DNA of 55,228 nt, filler included, from Sluysia triapertura (Eukaryota): assembly GCA_046118255.1 (NCBI GenBank). It is 3 parts of 3 records of this genome, joined end to end, with 100 filler letters (N's around TTAATTAATTAA, not from the genome) between each part and the next. Parts side by side here need not be neighbours in the genome. Positions count along the whole stretch, not along the records: positions 19,360 to 43,552 come from JBJNIA010195155.1; positions 43,653 to 55,228 come from JBJNIA010183224.1; 1 more part is not named here. One strand, 5' to 3'. Below are positions 34,491 through 49,159 of the stretch, piece after piece. How positions within the stretch are numbered: position 1 is the first letter of the stretch; every line of letters begins with the position of its first letter. The notes beneath the pieces were generated by a model. The model ran no database searches. It saw nothing but the letters and a program-made list of their open reading frames with translations, and was not told the origin of the DNA. The position numbers and the translations under genes are program-made.

Positions 34491-34769
34491 CTATAATATA
34501 ATAATAATAATAATAATAATAATAGAGATTTTAAAAATTACAATAAAATATAACTTCTAAATAAATCTAAAGATATATCAATCTCAAAATAAAATTAGAA
34601 CTAAAAGTAAATATAAAACTATCTTAGTAGCCTTAAAATAAGCATCATAGAATGTCTAAATTCAAAATAAGTGAAAGAAATTTAAAATACAATACAAAAG
34701 AAACATATATCTGATATTGCTAAAGCTAAATTGAAGTCGAAACGGCATTGTCGGAAAATGGAAAAAACC

Positions 34770-35220
34770 TACTGTTTTATTAAAATGGTTATAATAATCA
34801 TTATCACATTTTCTAGTACTTTACTTAAATTAGCTTGAAAACTTGTGGGTTTAACATTTTCAATTAACGTTTTCATTAACTGGTACTCCTCTTGGACATC
34901 CAAATAGCACAACAGCATGACTTAAAATATATTTATAACCATCATTCATTTTTGAATATGGAATCATTTCCATTAAATCAGTTACCATAATTCGTTTGGT
35001 GCACCAGTTTTATATATTACGTATTGGAAATCTTCATCTCATTGGTTTATTCAGTGAACATGCCAACAGAAATTAAATGTATTTTACAGGTCTTTGTCCG
35101 TTAAAGTTTTGCCGTTGAATTTTTAAATTTTCGTAAAAGTCTGTAGCTTTAAATAAATAAAATTATAAAAAATAAATAATAATTTTATTTTATTGGCAAA
35201 TATTTTAGTCATAATATATT
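34770..35220 (-). mobile_element. Decayed Polinton/Maverick-type integrase fragment
   Basis: SLNKPMR*RFPIR...TDLMEMIPYSKMNDGYKYIL matches LHKP.R..FP.R...DL.DM..YS..N.GYKYIL. Confidence 0.7.
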
Positions 35221-36647
35221 TCTGTGCAGCGCTTAAGAGGTCCAATTTGAGATATAACAGTATGTTAAAATTGCACTCAAAATGCTACAAATACGCTTAT
35301 AATAAATAGGCTTAGTATTGCCTTGACAATTTCTCCCTTAATCTTGGAAATTTGAAAATTTGGGACAGAGATTCATTAAATATATGACACAAGTTAAACA
35401 AATATGAAGGGATTAATATTTTGATAAATGGTGAATTAAATTTAAAATTACTTATATGTTCGTGACAAACATATTGATCCGAATAGCTTTGTTGGCGAAA
35501 ATACTGCAAAAAGCTCAAAGCAGAGGCGTAAAATACATTTAACACGTTCGCTGCCAACTACGAGTGTTCCCATAAGTCGAAGTTTATGTTTAGGCGCAGA
35601 AGAACTCGTATAATTAATAAAGTAATTAAAAATAATCTAAATTCAATATCTTTCCATAAATACATGTTTTGTATTTTTATTTTACAATTAATTAATTAAA
35701 ATTTGTTGGTGTGGTGGACTTGCTTTTGAAAATGTCGCTCAGCAGCGATTGTCTTATCTATCTCAGCTTTTCTCACCCTTTTTACCCGGAACCCAATAAA
35801 ATTTTTTCAGATTGTTCTCCGAACCAATTTTTATAACATAAAAAAATGCTAAGGGATAAAAGACATATACTATTGGCGCTAATTACCGACTGATTGTATA
35901 AATTGATTTTTTTGTTTGTAGTTTGTAGTTTCCCAACGGTTGAGAAACCGTGATCTATATCATGATAATGTGCTTTGAAATACTCGCCAATAGCTTATGT
36001 AAATAACTCGAGTTGGCTGTAATTTAAGTTAGATTCGATGAGTTTTACATTCAAATTTCCCTTATTTTCGAAATGATGATTGAAACATATTCTGAAAAAA
36101 ATTATAATAACATTTTGGGAAGTGCAATAACTTGTTCTTTATAATGTTCTTTGAAACAGATCATTCAAATTTAATAAGATCTGTAAGCAAAAGTATATTG
36201 GATAAGCAAAAACTACAAACTTCAATCCAAAATCCCAATTCATTATTCAGAAAAGCATTATCAATTACATGTGATGTTAATAAACCATATAAGAGATATT
36301 TCAACTGAACTTTAAATTCGGCATCTGCACGAAACACTTTATGAAAATTTGAATATTATTTTCGTCTAGCGTTGAACACAACATTACAAATTACATTGGC
36401 TTCGTTATGCAAAAATATCCTCGAATCATCGTTGGTTGGTTTAGACATATATTTCAAAAACATAAAGTTTCATCTTTTCAAAATATATTTCAAGAATGTA
36501 AGATCCGGTACGGATTTCAAAACGAACAAGGCGGATATAGCAAATAAAATGAGTATGAAAATTATTGTGTATTATATGCATAGATTATAATTTAAAGTAC
36601 TGTGCAAATTGTGCTACATGTGTTACAAAAACGACAGTAATAGTAAA

Positions 36648-37550
36648 TGTGGTGACCAACCCAATATTTTAAAGTTTTATTCCAATAATACACAACAAAA
36701 TTACCATTCAGAACATTTCGTAATTCTTAATTTTCCCAAACATTTTTATGAAAGTACTCTCGAAAACATACACAGATGATCGATTGAGTCGAATTCTTAT
36801 AGATGAAGTTGATGGTGTTTGTCAAATGTTTCGTGACCTTAGATCAGATTATAAAAGTTTACATGTTCTTGAACAACAAATTTACGGCATGCTAGTGACG
36901 TGTTTAACCGAAACTGTGTCTGATAAAATCATTCGAGATGTAATGAAAATTTTGTTTATCAACTGAAACAGCTGTTCTTGGAGTCCACTACAACAGGCCA
37001 AATGTATTTCATGAAAAATATAAAACTGAATCTGATCCATATCAAAAATTCAATAAAATTTGTATATTCGGATCTATCTCTGATTATATAAATATTATCA
37101 ACAATAATGTTTACAAAATTAAACAAGATAATTCAAGTAGAAATCCTTGTATCAAAAAAATAACGTATCAGTATCCATATCAGTTAAATTAAGCCGGCTT
37201 ATGTCTAAAATTCGGCGTATATTGTCCTTATTTCCACGACATCTTCGAAGCAATATATCTTGGATCAACAAATCAATTCTTTTACGAACATTTGAGTCAT
37301 TTGAGGCTCTACAAAATTACACATCTGACCACAGATTCTGTAATGATCAATATTAAGCCTGATTGTTGCTTTAAAAATTTAGACGATTTTACTGATTTTT
37401 TATATTTGTATTTATATATAAAGGGAGAATCTAACACAGACATTCACAATGTGCCAGAACATGAGCTACGAAACCAAAATTTTAAAAAATTTAATAAACT
37501 TTAGTTTACGTTATACTTAGTTTATGTTACAATAAATATAGTTTTTTTAC
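36648..37550 (+). mobile_element. Internally deleted family A terminus followed by decayed ORF pieces (36748-37504)
   Basis: TGTGGTGACCAACC at 36648; three same-strand ORF fragments; AATAAA near 37530. Confidence 0.5.
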
Positions 37551-39148
37551 TTTGCATTTTTTAAGAAAAAATTAATAAAACAACAAAAATTAAGAACAAT
37601 GGTTGCTAACTTGATTTATAAAGACAATAAGTCAAATTTAATCCATGTAATTTTTAATAAAATAAACCACGTTATAAAGATAATGAAAATCACTTTAAAC
37701 CATAAACTCCTAAAGTAACTATAATAATAATAATAACTAGTATAAATTATAATTTCAGATTGAGTTGGTGTTTTTTGAGATGATAGAAGATCACATAAGT
37801 GAGATTATTGAAATGTGATATTGAAATTACATGATATAATATAAAAATTTTGTTAAAAATCTTTATGAAGGAAATATCACTGTCGGTTTTATTAAACTTT
37901 ATAAAGAAAACGATTAACCGGATCTAAATTGAACAATTTGAAAAATCAATCAATTCTCTTTTGAACGTCAATTCTTCAAATTCGCTCTTTTCTTATTAGG
38001 AATTAATGACACATGAATAAATAAGCTCATTTCTATTAAGATAAGCATTGATAATTTTGCTTCAAAATCCAGGTAAAATCATCGTTATTTAAAAAATCCA
38101 AGCATTGTATACAATTTATATTTATATATTGTAAACAATTAATAGTTTTTATCAAACATTTGTGTATAAAGAATATATCACTTTGATTTTTAATCTTCTT
38201 TTGTTAACAGAATAAAAGCTAAAGGTCAAAGAACGACGAGATAAGTTCAAGTTAAATTATAAAGAGGTAAACACAAACTATCATTAAAGTAATTTTAAAT
38301 TTAATTTTATTAAGTGTTTTTTGAGTTTTTTAATTTAACGTGCAAGTTAAACTCGTTAATTGCAGCAAGAAGTTAAGGACACTTTACTTAGTTTTTGACA
38401 ATTGACATCTTGTGAGTACGTTTTCCTTGAGATATAAAACGTGCATCACAAGCGAGCCCGAATAAGTTTTATAATTGTTCCAGTAATAGGATAAAATCTG
38501 AACATCTCGATTTACAAGTTAACAAGTCAGTATTGATTGAACATTTATGTGTTTTAAGTTTAAATTTTAAAATTTAATAAAATTAAAATAAAATATCTTA
38601 CTAAAAGTTTTGTAAAAGAATTTATTTGCAATTGCATACTAATAACATAGTTCTTGTGTGTTATAAATAAAGTGTCCTTGGATTTTTCAAGTTATTAACG
38701 TGCGGATAAAGAGGCGAGTACTGAATTAAGCCTCTATAATATATCACCTTTAAGTACTAAAGAGTAACAAAGAAAAATTTAGTTTTAAGTTAATAAAAGT
38801 TTAAGGTTTTAACTAATTTAAGTTAAAAAGGAAAAGAAGCACAACACAAACCAAAATAAAATAAAGATTAAATTTATTATTTAATAATAAAACTTTAAAA
38901 TATTTATTTATAATACCAATGATTCAATATCAGCATAAAAGTAAGTCTCTCTATATATAATTCCAAAAAAGAAAAGACTTGGTGTGAAATATGATTTAAT
39001 AATTACTTTAACATTATTGTTCTCGTTAACTATAGAAAAGGACAAAGAAATCATTACTAATTATTTTTAAACTTGCAGGAAATGCATTTGACTTTCAAGA
39101 TTTTATGAAAGGCTAAATGGCCGAAAAATGTTACGAAACGGTTAAATA

Positions 39149-39650
39149 TAATGGGTTTGGTGCATAAATTGGTGCGGTTTTTACAATTATGAAAAATGCA
39201 AACTGATCAAGAATAAAAACCATGCAAAAAATTCCAAATAACAAAATGAATTTATTAAATCATTAGAAAAAACAAATATCTGTCTATATCGGTGAGATAT
39301 TCTCCGTCACAATCGATCACTTCCTTCTGGCAGATTGTCAATCCCACGTTTGAAGAAACTTGGTGATTTTTGGTGGAAAAATTTTTCAATCCACGTTGTT
39401 ATTGCTTCTTCGTTTTCAAACGCAGCGTTTAAATGTTGATTAAAATAGAAAAGGAGCAGATCCCTTAAATGTTCATTTTTATCTACCTGACAATCCATTT
39501 TAATGATGGTAATTAAAGTGAAAGTTAGTCTAAAATGATTTAAATAGATAATTCAGCTGAATAAATATAACTCAAATCACGTAAAACAAGAAGTTGGTGT
39601 GTTTTCTTTGCAACAAATAAAACCGCACGAATTTATGCACCAACCTAATA
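39149..39650 (-). mobile_element. Non-autonomous mariner (about 500 bp) with both TIRs and flanking TA
   Basis: TIRs near 39151-39182 and 39619-39648; ORF 39307-39498 fuses the transposase N- and C-termini. Confidence 0.9.
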
Positions 39651-39733
39651 TCATTTCAAACGATTAAAAACGTCTTCAATAATGCATGTGAATTAGCACA
39701 TTTAAGAACTCATTATTAAGTAAAATCACTAAC

Positions 39734-40011
39734 CACAATAGGTGTATTAACACTAATCACTTCATTTGATTTGTTCTCATTAACATCCAATCCCGTAAAT
39801 TCAGCCTTAATTGGTAGATCAACTGCCAATCCAGAGGAAAATTTAAATATTTCTTTACCGTAATCATCATTAGTGGGGAAAAGAAATTTTCCAAAAATTT
39901 TCTGTGGATTAAATTCGTGGGTATCTTTGTCAATTTCGTTACTGTAATAAGTAGCATTGTCGTGGAAACAGGATAAATTACCCAATATACGAGTACAAAT
40001 ATTTAATTCAA
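39734..40011 (-). CDS. INTS4: INTS4-like exon
   Basis: EIFKFSSGLAVDLPIKAEFTGL resembles NPLRFTSGLVVALDVDATLEHV; GTG|gttagt donor. Confidence 0.8.
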
Positions 40012-40284
40012 CTAAAAGTGTAAAATTAATTGTAAAGTAAATTAATAAAATTAAATAAAAGTACTAAAAATAAAATACTTTAGAATACAAAAAAAATTGA
40101 ACAAATTTTATAATGTACTATTAAAATATCTTTAAAAACAATATTGAAAAAGAATCTAAACTAAGTCATGTAAAAGAAATTAACTGAAATTATTGAAAAT
40201 CTAAAACATTCATTTCCCATAATAACATTTTGTGTTAAAAACTAATTTTTATTTATTAAATTTATTGCTCTTGTTAAAATTCAT

Positions 40285-40400
40285 TGAGTTCCACAGGGAT
40301 CAATACTTGGTCCATTATTGTTTATAATGTATATATCAATGATGTTTTAAGTGAAATCGAATCGTATGGTTTTAAATGCCATATATATGCTGACGGTTGA
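40285..40400 (+). mobile_element. LINE reverse transcriptase fragment
   Basis: VPQGSILGPLLFIMY/INDVL...CHIYAD with a stop and a frameshift. Confidence 0.85.
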
Positions 40401-41099
40401 AATGAACAACCTAGAAAATACTATTCAAACAACAGAAGAACTGTCATCTAAATTGATAAAATAACAAAATGTTTTTATTACAAGTTATTAAAACATGACT
40501 AATTATTGTAACATTATTATAATTTGGCATTCGTCATTCATTACGAATAAGTTCAGAATCGAGAATTCGAAACTATTATGAATGAATGTTTTGCCGTATT
40601 TTTATTAATAAATTTTCTGATATTTGATATTCCCTTTAACTGGTATTCATTCATTTTGGAAATGCAAATAATATTTTCCATCAAGTCCATTTTTGAATCA
40701 CATATCATTCATTAATTATGATAATTAATAATGAATTATAATAAGTAAATAAAATTATTAAAAAATAACATCTAAATGACGAATTTTGTCAAAGATTCGA
40801 CATAAATAAACCGTGATTAAATTTAAATAAGAAAATAGTTTGCAATTAATAATATTTGTTGTCACCCACTTTGGAAACTATTAATCTAGTTCAAAGTATT
40901 TCATGTGAACATCATTTTTATTGTAAAATTCAATCAATAGGAACTTGAGTTTCCTTAGCAAACTGGACATGGTAAGGTAAAATCTTAACTTACATAACCA
41001 AATAAATTAATAAAATAACTCATTGTCTTCAGGAGACCAGTTTTTTCCATCTTATTAATAGAAATTATGAAAATATTAAGCAAATAAAACAAAACTAAC

Positions 41100-41211
41100 T
41101 AAGTTCTTCATTACTTCCAGCATGTTTTATTATTATATTATTCAATAAATGGACAAATTTTGATAGGATTTCAAGATCAACCGAAGGAATGCAACTATAC
41201 GCATAAATCAT
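41100..41211 (-). CDS. INTS4: INTS4-like exon
   Basis: MIYAYSCIPSVDLEILSKFVHLLNNIIIKHAGSNEEL; phase 0 in, phase 1 out, matching both neighbours. Confidence 0.75.
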
Positions 41212-41246
41212 CTAAATAACAAAATGTGAATTGAACAATTTCTTAC

Positions 41247-41403
41247 TTAACACTAAACGTACCATGACCGGTCACATGACCGTTTTTAGTTTTTACTTTA
41301 AAAATACAATGAAATTGTATTGTTTTTTATCATTTTATAATGTGGCTTTTAATTTTATATGTACGTACCAGTCAAATGACCGGTGATGCTATGAATAGGT
41401 AAG
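41247..41403 (+). mobile_element. piggyBac-like end interrupted by the LINE; related end at 10247-10320
   Basis: TTAA|CACTAAACG(T/C)ACCA at both sites; subterminal GGTGATG.TATGAATAGGTA shared in inverted form. Confidence 0.5.
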
Positions 41404-41405
41404 TT

Positions 41406-41406
<1 letters not shown>

Positions 41407-41459
<53 letters not shown>

Positions 41460-42130
41460 TTATATTACACTCATATCTACTACGTAAGTATTCAAAAGCG
41501 CTTAAGGTAAATCATTCACCATAATATTTCTCAAACAGAAAGAACCTTGCCTTTTTCTTAATTATTTCATAATCTTCTAGTAATTTGATATTCTCTGGTA
41601 ACTGGTTGTATATTTTTGAGACATAAACGGATGCAACATATCACCTAGCTTGTTATCACTGTTGATTCTGTATAGATTATTGTCTCAATGAAATATTCAT
41701 CTTGGTTTCCAATTTTCGTACTACTTCTAAAAGACATCCAGGACTTTCGTAATGTAAGCATTTGTAAATTATTGTCATGATTTTGAATTATATTCTTGCT
41801 TTTATTGCAACCAATGTAATTCTTCTTCCAACTTGGAAAATTGGTCTTGCTGCTTGATTAATTATTAATTGTAATTTTTTCACTTTTTTATATGAAATTG
41901 AGTACAACAAACCATTGTTAAAATCTATGTTGCTAGTTATCAATGAATGAACAATACGTTTAGCCGTTTCCTTATTAATACGTTTTCGAATATGATATTT
42001 TATTTAATTGATATTTAGACTCTTTAATATTTTCTTTCATGTTCATTTTTGAATCCATATAAAAACCTATATTTCGTAATTTTTGCTTCGCATCTTGTGT
42101 CTTACCACTTATACTAGTGAATGTTTCATT
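41407..42130 (-). mobile_element. 3' end of an L2/CR1-group LINE with a trinucleotide-repeat tail
   Basis: IRKRINKETAKRIVHSLITSNIDFNNGLL...KLQLIINQAARPIF...IYNQLPENIK; ends at the 41407-41459 repeat. Confidence 0.8.
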
Positions 42131-42853
42131 TTTTTAAATACAGGAATCAATTGTTTATTATCACGGATGTTAACAATAACTTATTGTTAAAATAAATTAA
42201 GTTGTCGCTTACAAATAAATTGTCAGATACTGTTCTTATGGAATGGCAATATTGTCAAAAAGGTTTTACAAGGATTAACAGAAATCTTCATCTAACAGAA
42301 TCTACAGAACTTCTAAAGACATGAGAATGAATACTTCATTTAAATTAAACATTTGACAGATGTAGTTGTACTGATTTCTGATGAAGATAGTGATGCAATA
42401 TCTGAATTATTTGTTTTGAAGAAAAAATATGGAAAAATCGGATAAAACTGAATCAAATTTTGTTGAGAACAATGATGACAATACAATTATAAACGAATGC
42501 CAAGTTTGATATGTTCTCTATAATTATTTAATACAGTGATTTCAACTTTTTGTCAAGTCAATCTTATGAGACAATTTCAAGACCCACCAATTTGTGAAAC
42601 TATTGTAGTTAATGAAATTCTTAAAATTGCTTTGATTTTAGAGTCTGATAAATATGGTTTTGTTATTGACCACACATTTAAAATTGTCTTGTTTAGAAAG
42701 GCATTATTTTTGAAATTATTTTTGACACATGAAGATTCTAGAAAATATTTCAATTTGATCTTGCAATTTGATCTGTCAATAATGTATCATGATTTTGTAT
42801 TATTTAATCAAAAATTCAAGTTTTTTATTTTAATATATTAAAACTTGACTAAC

Positions 42854-43267
42854 CTTGTAAACAAGCCTTTGTGCTAATGCTAAATCCCTTAAATGCAATT
42901 TTGGTTGTACACAATATGCCAACAATCCAATGAGATCCTTCATCCAATAAGATCTGCCGACTTTCTCACTCCACAGTCGACACATTTGATCAAATTCAAC
43001 ACTGATTTGTTTTTGATATTTCAAACTTGCGCATTTCATTAAATCCATGAAATCATTACGAATATCAGGCGATAAAGGTACTTTACATGAATCACACAAT
43101 GACACAAATGACGACGAATCAAGTTTTTCGGATAAATGTTGTTGTTGCTGGATATTATAGCCATGACAATTGTAAACTTGAATAATATGATATACTTTTA
43201 GACAATTTGATTCAAAATTTTGTCTCATTGCAACTCGATTATCATCTATTTTATCAATCCGAGCTAC
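42854..43267 (-). CDS. INTS4: Integrator complex subunit 4-like exon (most 5' exon found)
   Basis: 414 nt, tttag/gttag bounded; ends LALAQRLVYK, splicing to MIYAYS (compare INTS4 ETYKMEFMYSGV). Confidence 0.75.
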
Positions 43268-43552
43268 CTAAATTTGAAAAAATTACTAAATACTCAGCAT
43301 TTATTACAAATGTTAATCAAGCAAGCTTACAGAACCTCAAGTATTAGTTATTGGTAACGAATGTCGTTTTTCATATTAATTGCTTGAGCTTGCTTTTCGA
43401 TTTATATCATAAAGATAGTAAACAATTAGTTCATAAATCACATTTTTCCGATTTTCCCAATTAGAAGTTTCATAATGTTAGGTTGCCATCACAACCCTAC
43501 AAAATAATTTTAAGATGACATAATAATGCCTTAAAATTATTTAAAACTATTT

Positions 43553-43652
43553 NNNNNNNNNNNNNNNNNNNNNNNNNNNNNNNNNNNNNNNNNNNNTTAA
43601 TTAATTAANNNNNNNNNNNNNNNNNNNNNNNNNNNNNNNNNNNNNNNNNNNN
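43553..43652. other. Artificial join: N44-TTAATTAATTAA-N44
   Basis: Same linker, 100 nt in total. Confidence 0.95.
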
Positions 43653-43723
<71 letters not shown>

Positions 43724-45444
43724 TATAGTTGTAGTAGTTAGAGTTCCTTGTTGAATGAACTCTAAAAAGTAGCATAACAAATTCAGAATTTTTGGGTCCC
43801 AGAAAAATGATATTCATTTGCCATGTGGTAAATTCATACACGATATTTAATGATCATATAGTTTCAAAAAGTCCACACAGCCCATAAAAATTTAATGATT
43901 TGTTTATAAGTATTAACTGGAAATGTTAAATATGTGGATTCTTTAACTGAATGTCGAAATTTATGAATTTTTATGCGATATTTGATTGTTTATAGAATTT
44001 GATGTGGCAGTGTTCCTCAATCTTGTTTAAAGGCGGTAGACGATAACATGATCAACACTAAAACACATGATTATGTGAAGAATTATTTCCGCAAAAATGG
44101 AATACTTTAACCATTTCGGTACGAAGCAGATTAATGTAGAAATGCTCTGTACTACCGAAGAATTTTACTTAAGGTGTAAAACTTGTGATATCAACCCCAA
44201 AACATAATTATCATAAACATATTCTTAAAAAACTTCAACTCAACAAAGAACATACAAACATTAGAAACAATAATGCAGCACAATTCAAAATTCAACAAAG
44301 TTTCACAAAAATCATAACAATGATAACAATACTTATATTAACATTTACACTTAATTATACAAAAATACAATCTAAAATTTAATATTGTAATGTAAAACGT
44401 TATTGTTGACTTAATATTGCAATCTTACTATTTCTCTATTTTGTGTTAGATCCCATTGTTATTACATCCATTGCTACGTATTTATTGTTATACCGGTTTT
44501 CATAGTCGTTTTATGTATTATTTTTATTAGTAGATTTACTATTTTTCTGTTTCCCAATGAAACACTTTATTTTATCAATTCATCATTTATACTGTTTGAT
44601 TTGTATTTTTATTTTATTGACATACATTCATTATAATTGTGTTTCTTTTCAAATTATACAAATTGTATTTATTATTTATTATTTTTATTCTTTATTATTA
44701 TATAAAAATTATATTGTAAATTAGAAAAATAATAAGTTTAGAAAAATTAATTTATTAATTTCAATAAATTTTATATCAAATATACTTCTATCTATTCCGG
44801 CTAAAATTTCTAATATACGTATCATAATACGATCTAAAATATCCGTTACTTTAGTTCGGATAACATCATATTATATATCAAAAATTATTGCTACTTTGAT
44901 GTCTTATGAAAACTTTTATAAATGATGAAATCGAGTTATTTATTTGATTGCTATGATAACATCATTACAATAACTTTGTTTAATCAAACCTTAAACGGTC
45001 AAACAGTTATTGTTACGTTATTAGTTTATTTTTAATCCCTTTCATTACTTATACTATTTTAATATTTTACACATGTAATCATCATTTTGCTAAAATCACA
45101 TTATAGATTTGAAACATTTTATCATTGAACAATTTTACAATGCATAAATAAATTTTTTCAATATGTGCTAATCAATTATTTTGGTCGAAATAATAAGATA
45201 CGAATGATGTTTTCTAATATTAGATTAACTAATCGAATGTTAAAAATTTTAAGATATAATAAATTACGAAACAATTATATATATCATAGTCAATATTTTA
45301 CCGCATTCTTTCATTCGTAGTACTTTATGTTAAATAATTATTAAATTATAAGTTGACCACCGAATAGTACACACGTGCTTTCTCACTTCCATGAGGGATA
45401 AAGTGCAATGAAATGTTTATCATTTCAAGAAGAATAAATTATTT

Positions 45445-45955
45445 ATGGAACCTGTCTCAACTTTTGCAGTACCAAAGTTAAAGATTCCTGACAGACATAC
45501 TCAATTGAAATTTGATACTGAAATTATTGTAATAGGATAGTTAAAGAGCTAATCAGAATTTAGAAAAATTGTGATAATTTAAACTAATGCATTAAAGTAT
45601 ACTCTTGAATACATAGAAAAAAATAATACTCTAAGCTCAATTGTTTAAATATTACATATTTATTGACAATACCTTAAATTACAGGAAGAACAATTATTAA
45701 AGATGAAAGAAAGTAGCGATAAGAAAGACAAAATACTACGGAAATGTTCCGAGAACCATAATTCTGAGACTATTGTAGTGCAAACTTCATCAGAACCAAA
45801 TAATGAAGGCAAAAATATTGATAATGTAAGTAATAATAAGAAAAATAGTTACAGAAAACCGAGTTCTTCGAGATCAAGAATGACAGTAAAATCTCCTAAT
45901 CAACTGGGCTTTATAAAACCTGTCGTTAAAAATTTTAGAAGTAATTATAAGAAAG
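45445..45955 (+). CDS. Probable first two coding exons (45445-45528, 45685-45955) of an unidentified Lys/Ser/Asn-rich protein
   Basis: ATG...ATT|gtaat and ttacag|GAA join in phase 0; exon 2 ends AAG|gtaat; no homology recognised. Confidence 0.45.
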
Positions 45956-47169
45956 GTAATTTTATTTTTATGTTTTAAAATTTATTCTCATTAAATGAAG
46001 TCAATATTTAATTAGTTTCCCGTGAAATATTGACATAGATTATTTAAAAACATTAATGATATTGCTTCACAAGATTGAATACAATCACATTAATCTATGA
46101 TAATTTTATTGTAGAAAACTTCTATTGGACAATTAACCTTATTTTGTATAAGAAGTATCATTCCCAATAGCGTGATATCCACAAATGTGTGTGAAATAGT
46201 TAATTTATCATCATATTCTTCTTTTCATAAACCTCATAAAAATCATTGATGTAATATCAAAAAATAAATTATTTATTTATCAGGAATTATACATAATAAT
46301 GATAATTATAATTACAATAATTATAATTTTATAAAATGTCAACCTCTTTTCTTCAAAATATTTAATACATAATCATTATTAATAAGTAAATGTTAATCCA
46401 TGTTCTTTGTACTACTAATTAAATGACTCAAGGATCTAATCGTTAACATCCTCAGATTGGAATTATTTTGAACAAGTGTATGATAAAAATTATATCTTAC
46501 TACTTTTATTTAAATGAATTTACTTTAGCAAATATTTCTATACCATTTTTTAATTTTAAAAACTTTGTGCTTATCCTCATTCCATTTTTGTAACGCAGAA
46601 GATTTAGTATATATCCTAATTGTGTGATTTAGCAATTTTAAAATAATTGTGTTTTATGGATTAATCGGTGATGTTGATCATTCCTTTAAGATATTTACAA
46701 AAGGATATCTGTTTCATCATTACTCTTTTATGTACAACTGAATCAAATATGTACTAACTTTATTTACAATTGCACTTAAGTTTAAAGAAAAATTGTTCTT
46801 AAACTTCACTTTGTTATTTAAGTTATCACTTACTATTTTAATTATCTTATACGTAACTTTTAAACTTGGCTCAAGTTTATTTCAACCTGGATACCTGATC
46901 CTAATCTTTTCTATCAAAAATTATATTAAACTTTTTAATGAAGTATGTTATAGTGAAATAAATTCTAATTTTTTATTGGCGTCTAATCATAAATTTTGAT
47001 ATTGTTTTGCTAAACACAAAATAATTTTGATTGTAATTCTTTATAATTATTAATTTTCTCCCTTTTTGGCATCTATTTTCCTATTGGCTCTTCATAAATT
47101 AGGCATCTAATAACCAACGTAATATTACGTGATCATTGATTGGTGCAGAATTTCAGTTTTCAATTTTGG

Positions 47170-47170
<1 letters not shown>

Positions 47171-47232
<62 letters not shown>

Positions 47233-47990
47233 AAATAAACTTTATTCTTCGTTTCTTTAATTTCTTTATGTGTTAATTACATCAAATGCGTATATAGTGA
47301 AATAGTTTTCGGTTGAGAATGGTTTGTAGCATCATTGCGATTAGAACGTTATTGTTGAGAGGCTGAAATTGGAGTGGTTTACGGGATAACGTGAATTATT
47401 AAGTATAAAGGTGTAAAGTAATTAATGGGTAAAGGTGCAAAGTACTAGATATTTGAAGAATTGTATGATTACAGATTACAGTTTTTGCTGAGCTTTTTAT
47501 GGGTTAAAAGATGTTAACGTTTCACTGTAGAATTTTTTCCTATATAGCATTGGGATTTTAAGTATAATCTTTCTATCTGTTATGAATTTGGTGCATGCAT
47601 TGAGTGCTGTAATGCATGGATTTTCTTTTGTGAAATGGTGTTATTTGGTGGTTTAAAAACGTGTAGATGTGGAGTAAATTTATTGAAAAATTTAATACCA
47701 CTTTAATGTTGTAAATTGTTTGAGTCTATCGATGATCTATAGGATGAATTTTTCTATTGTAACGCTTTTGTCGGATCGTTTAAAGTTAAAATGTTACATT
47801 GAATAACATTGTCAATTAATTGATTATAAAGGTTGTGAGGTATAGAATGTATAAAGAAATATTACATGATCTAGAAATATGTTATTTAGATTCGAAATTT
47901 TGTTAAATATGTTATGTGCTGTTTCTGTACTAAAATTTCATGTCATGAGTTGAACAACCACACCATTACTAAATATTTAATTTTAGAAAT
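47171..47990 (-). mobile_element. Probable heavily decayed LINE 3' end
   Basis: A/C-rich minus strand ending AATAAAGTTTATTTTT plus (AAT)n; no clean protein motif. Confidence 0.35.
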
Positions 47991-49117
47991 TCAATGTTTA
48001 ACTTCTATATTGTGCCAGAGTTAGTGGGGATAAGATATTAACTTAACTCTGATGGTAGAAATAGAAGTACACTTTTCATAATTCAACTATTTAAATCTCT
48101 AAACTAAGAAAGTAAACTAATTAATTAAATTCATAAACATTTATTAGGAAAGAGAAATTGATACCGATAAAAGCAGTTGACAAATAATATAACTGTGGAT
48201 TTAAATTTAATTTTGAAATTTGGTTAATATATTTACAAACAATAATGAGTCTAACTATAATCTTTAAATAACAAATTAATCAATAATAATCATTCTATTA
48301 TTACTATTATTACAATTTATTGTTGCGTTCTAAAATATAATACTTAAGCTCAGAGCTAACAAAACGAAATAACAATAAATCAACAAAACAATAAAGACTT
48401 AAGACCCAATAAAACAAATTAATCAGAAACATAACTTAGTCAATTGCTAAAGAAATAGAAGATTATATCACAATGTTTACCATTACTGTGTTGAAATAGC
48501 TTCCTTACAGTACAAGAACTTCATATATTATTGCAATATAATTTGTGTAATTTCCTGTATAATTATGGTTGTTTATGCAGTGTTTATATATTTGCTATGA
48601 AGGCGGGAATTCGACTTAATTAATATGCTTGTCGAAAACACATGCTTATTCCATAACCAAAATTTAATAATTTCATAATTTTCCAAAAATAGTTATCCCA
48701 ACTCTTTTCTAATTCAAAATAATGAAATGAAAATTTAGCATAATGATTTAACAATAATTGAATATAATCATGATTAATTATACAACTTATGCCCAAATAA
48801 CATTTGATATAATACGTAATGATGCAATATGTCAACAATAAGTCGCACGTCAATTTCATTAATGTTTCAAATTATCACTATTGACTATTAATTTGATATG
48901 TGACATCATTACAACACAAAAAAAGTTAACTTTATCAAGAAGAAAATTAACTTTTTACGTTATCTACATCGCATTATTTTGGTCTTCATAACACATATAA
49001 ATGTTATATTTCATTTTCTATGCACCTCTCATGCTCATAGTATGCATAAAGCTATTGAGTTAAATAATTATATATAAATTAATTAACAAATGTACTTTTA
49101 AACTTTGGGAAGTTAAA

Positions 49118-49159
<42 letters not shown>

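Noticed and set aside
36220-36330. Bcl-2 BH2-like LNNELGFWIE on the minus strand
   Set aside because: Too short, and no BH1 NWGR motif was found
43605-43841. Poly-Tyr ORF; also poly-Leu ORF 49923-50132 and X-rich ORF 13733-13942
   Set aside because: Microsatellite or gap artefacts
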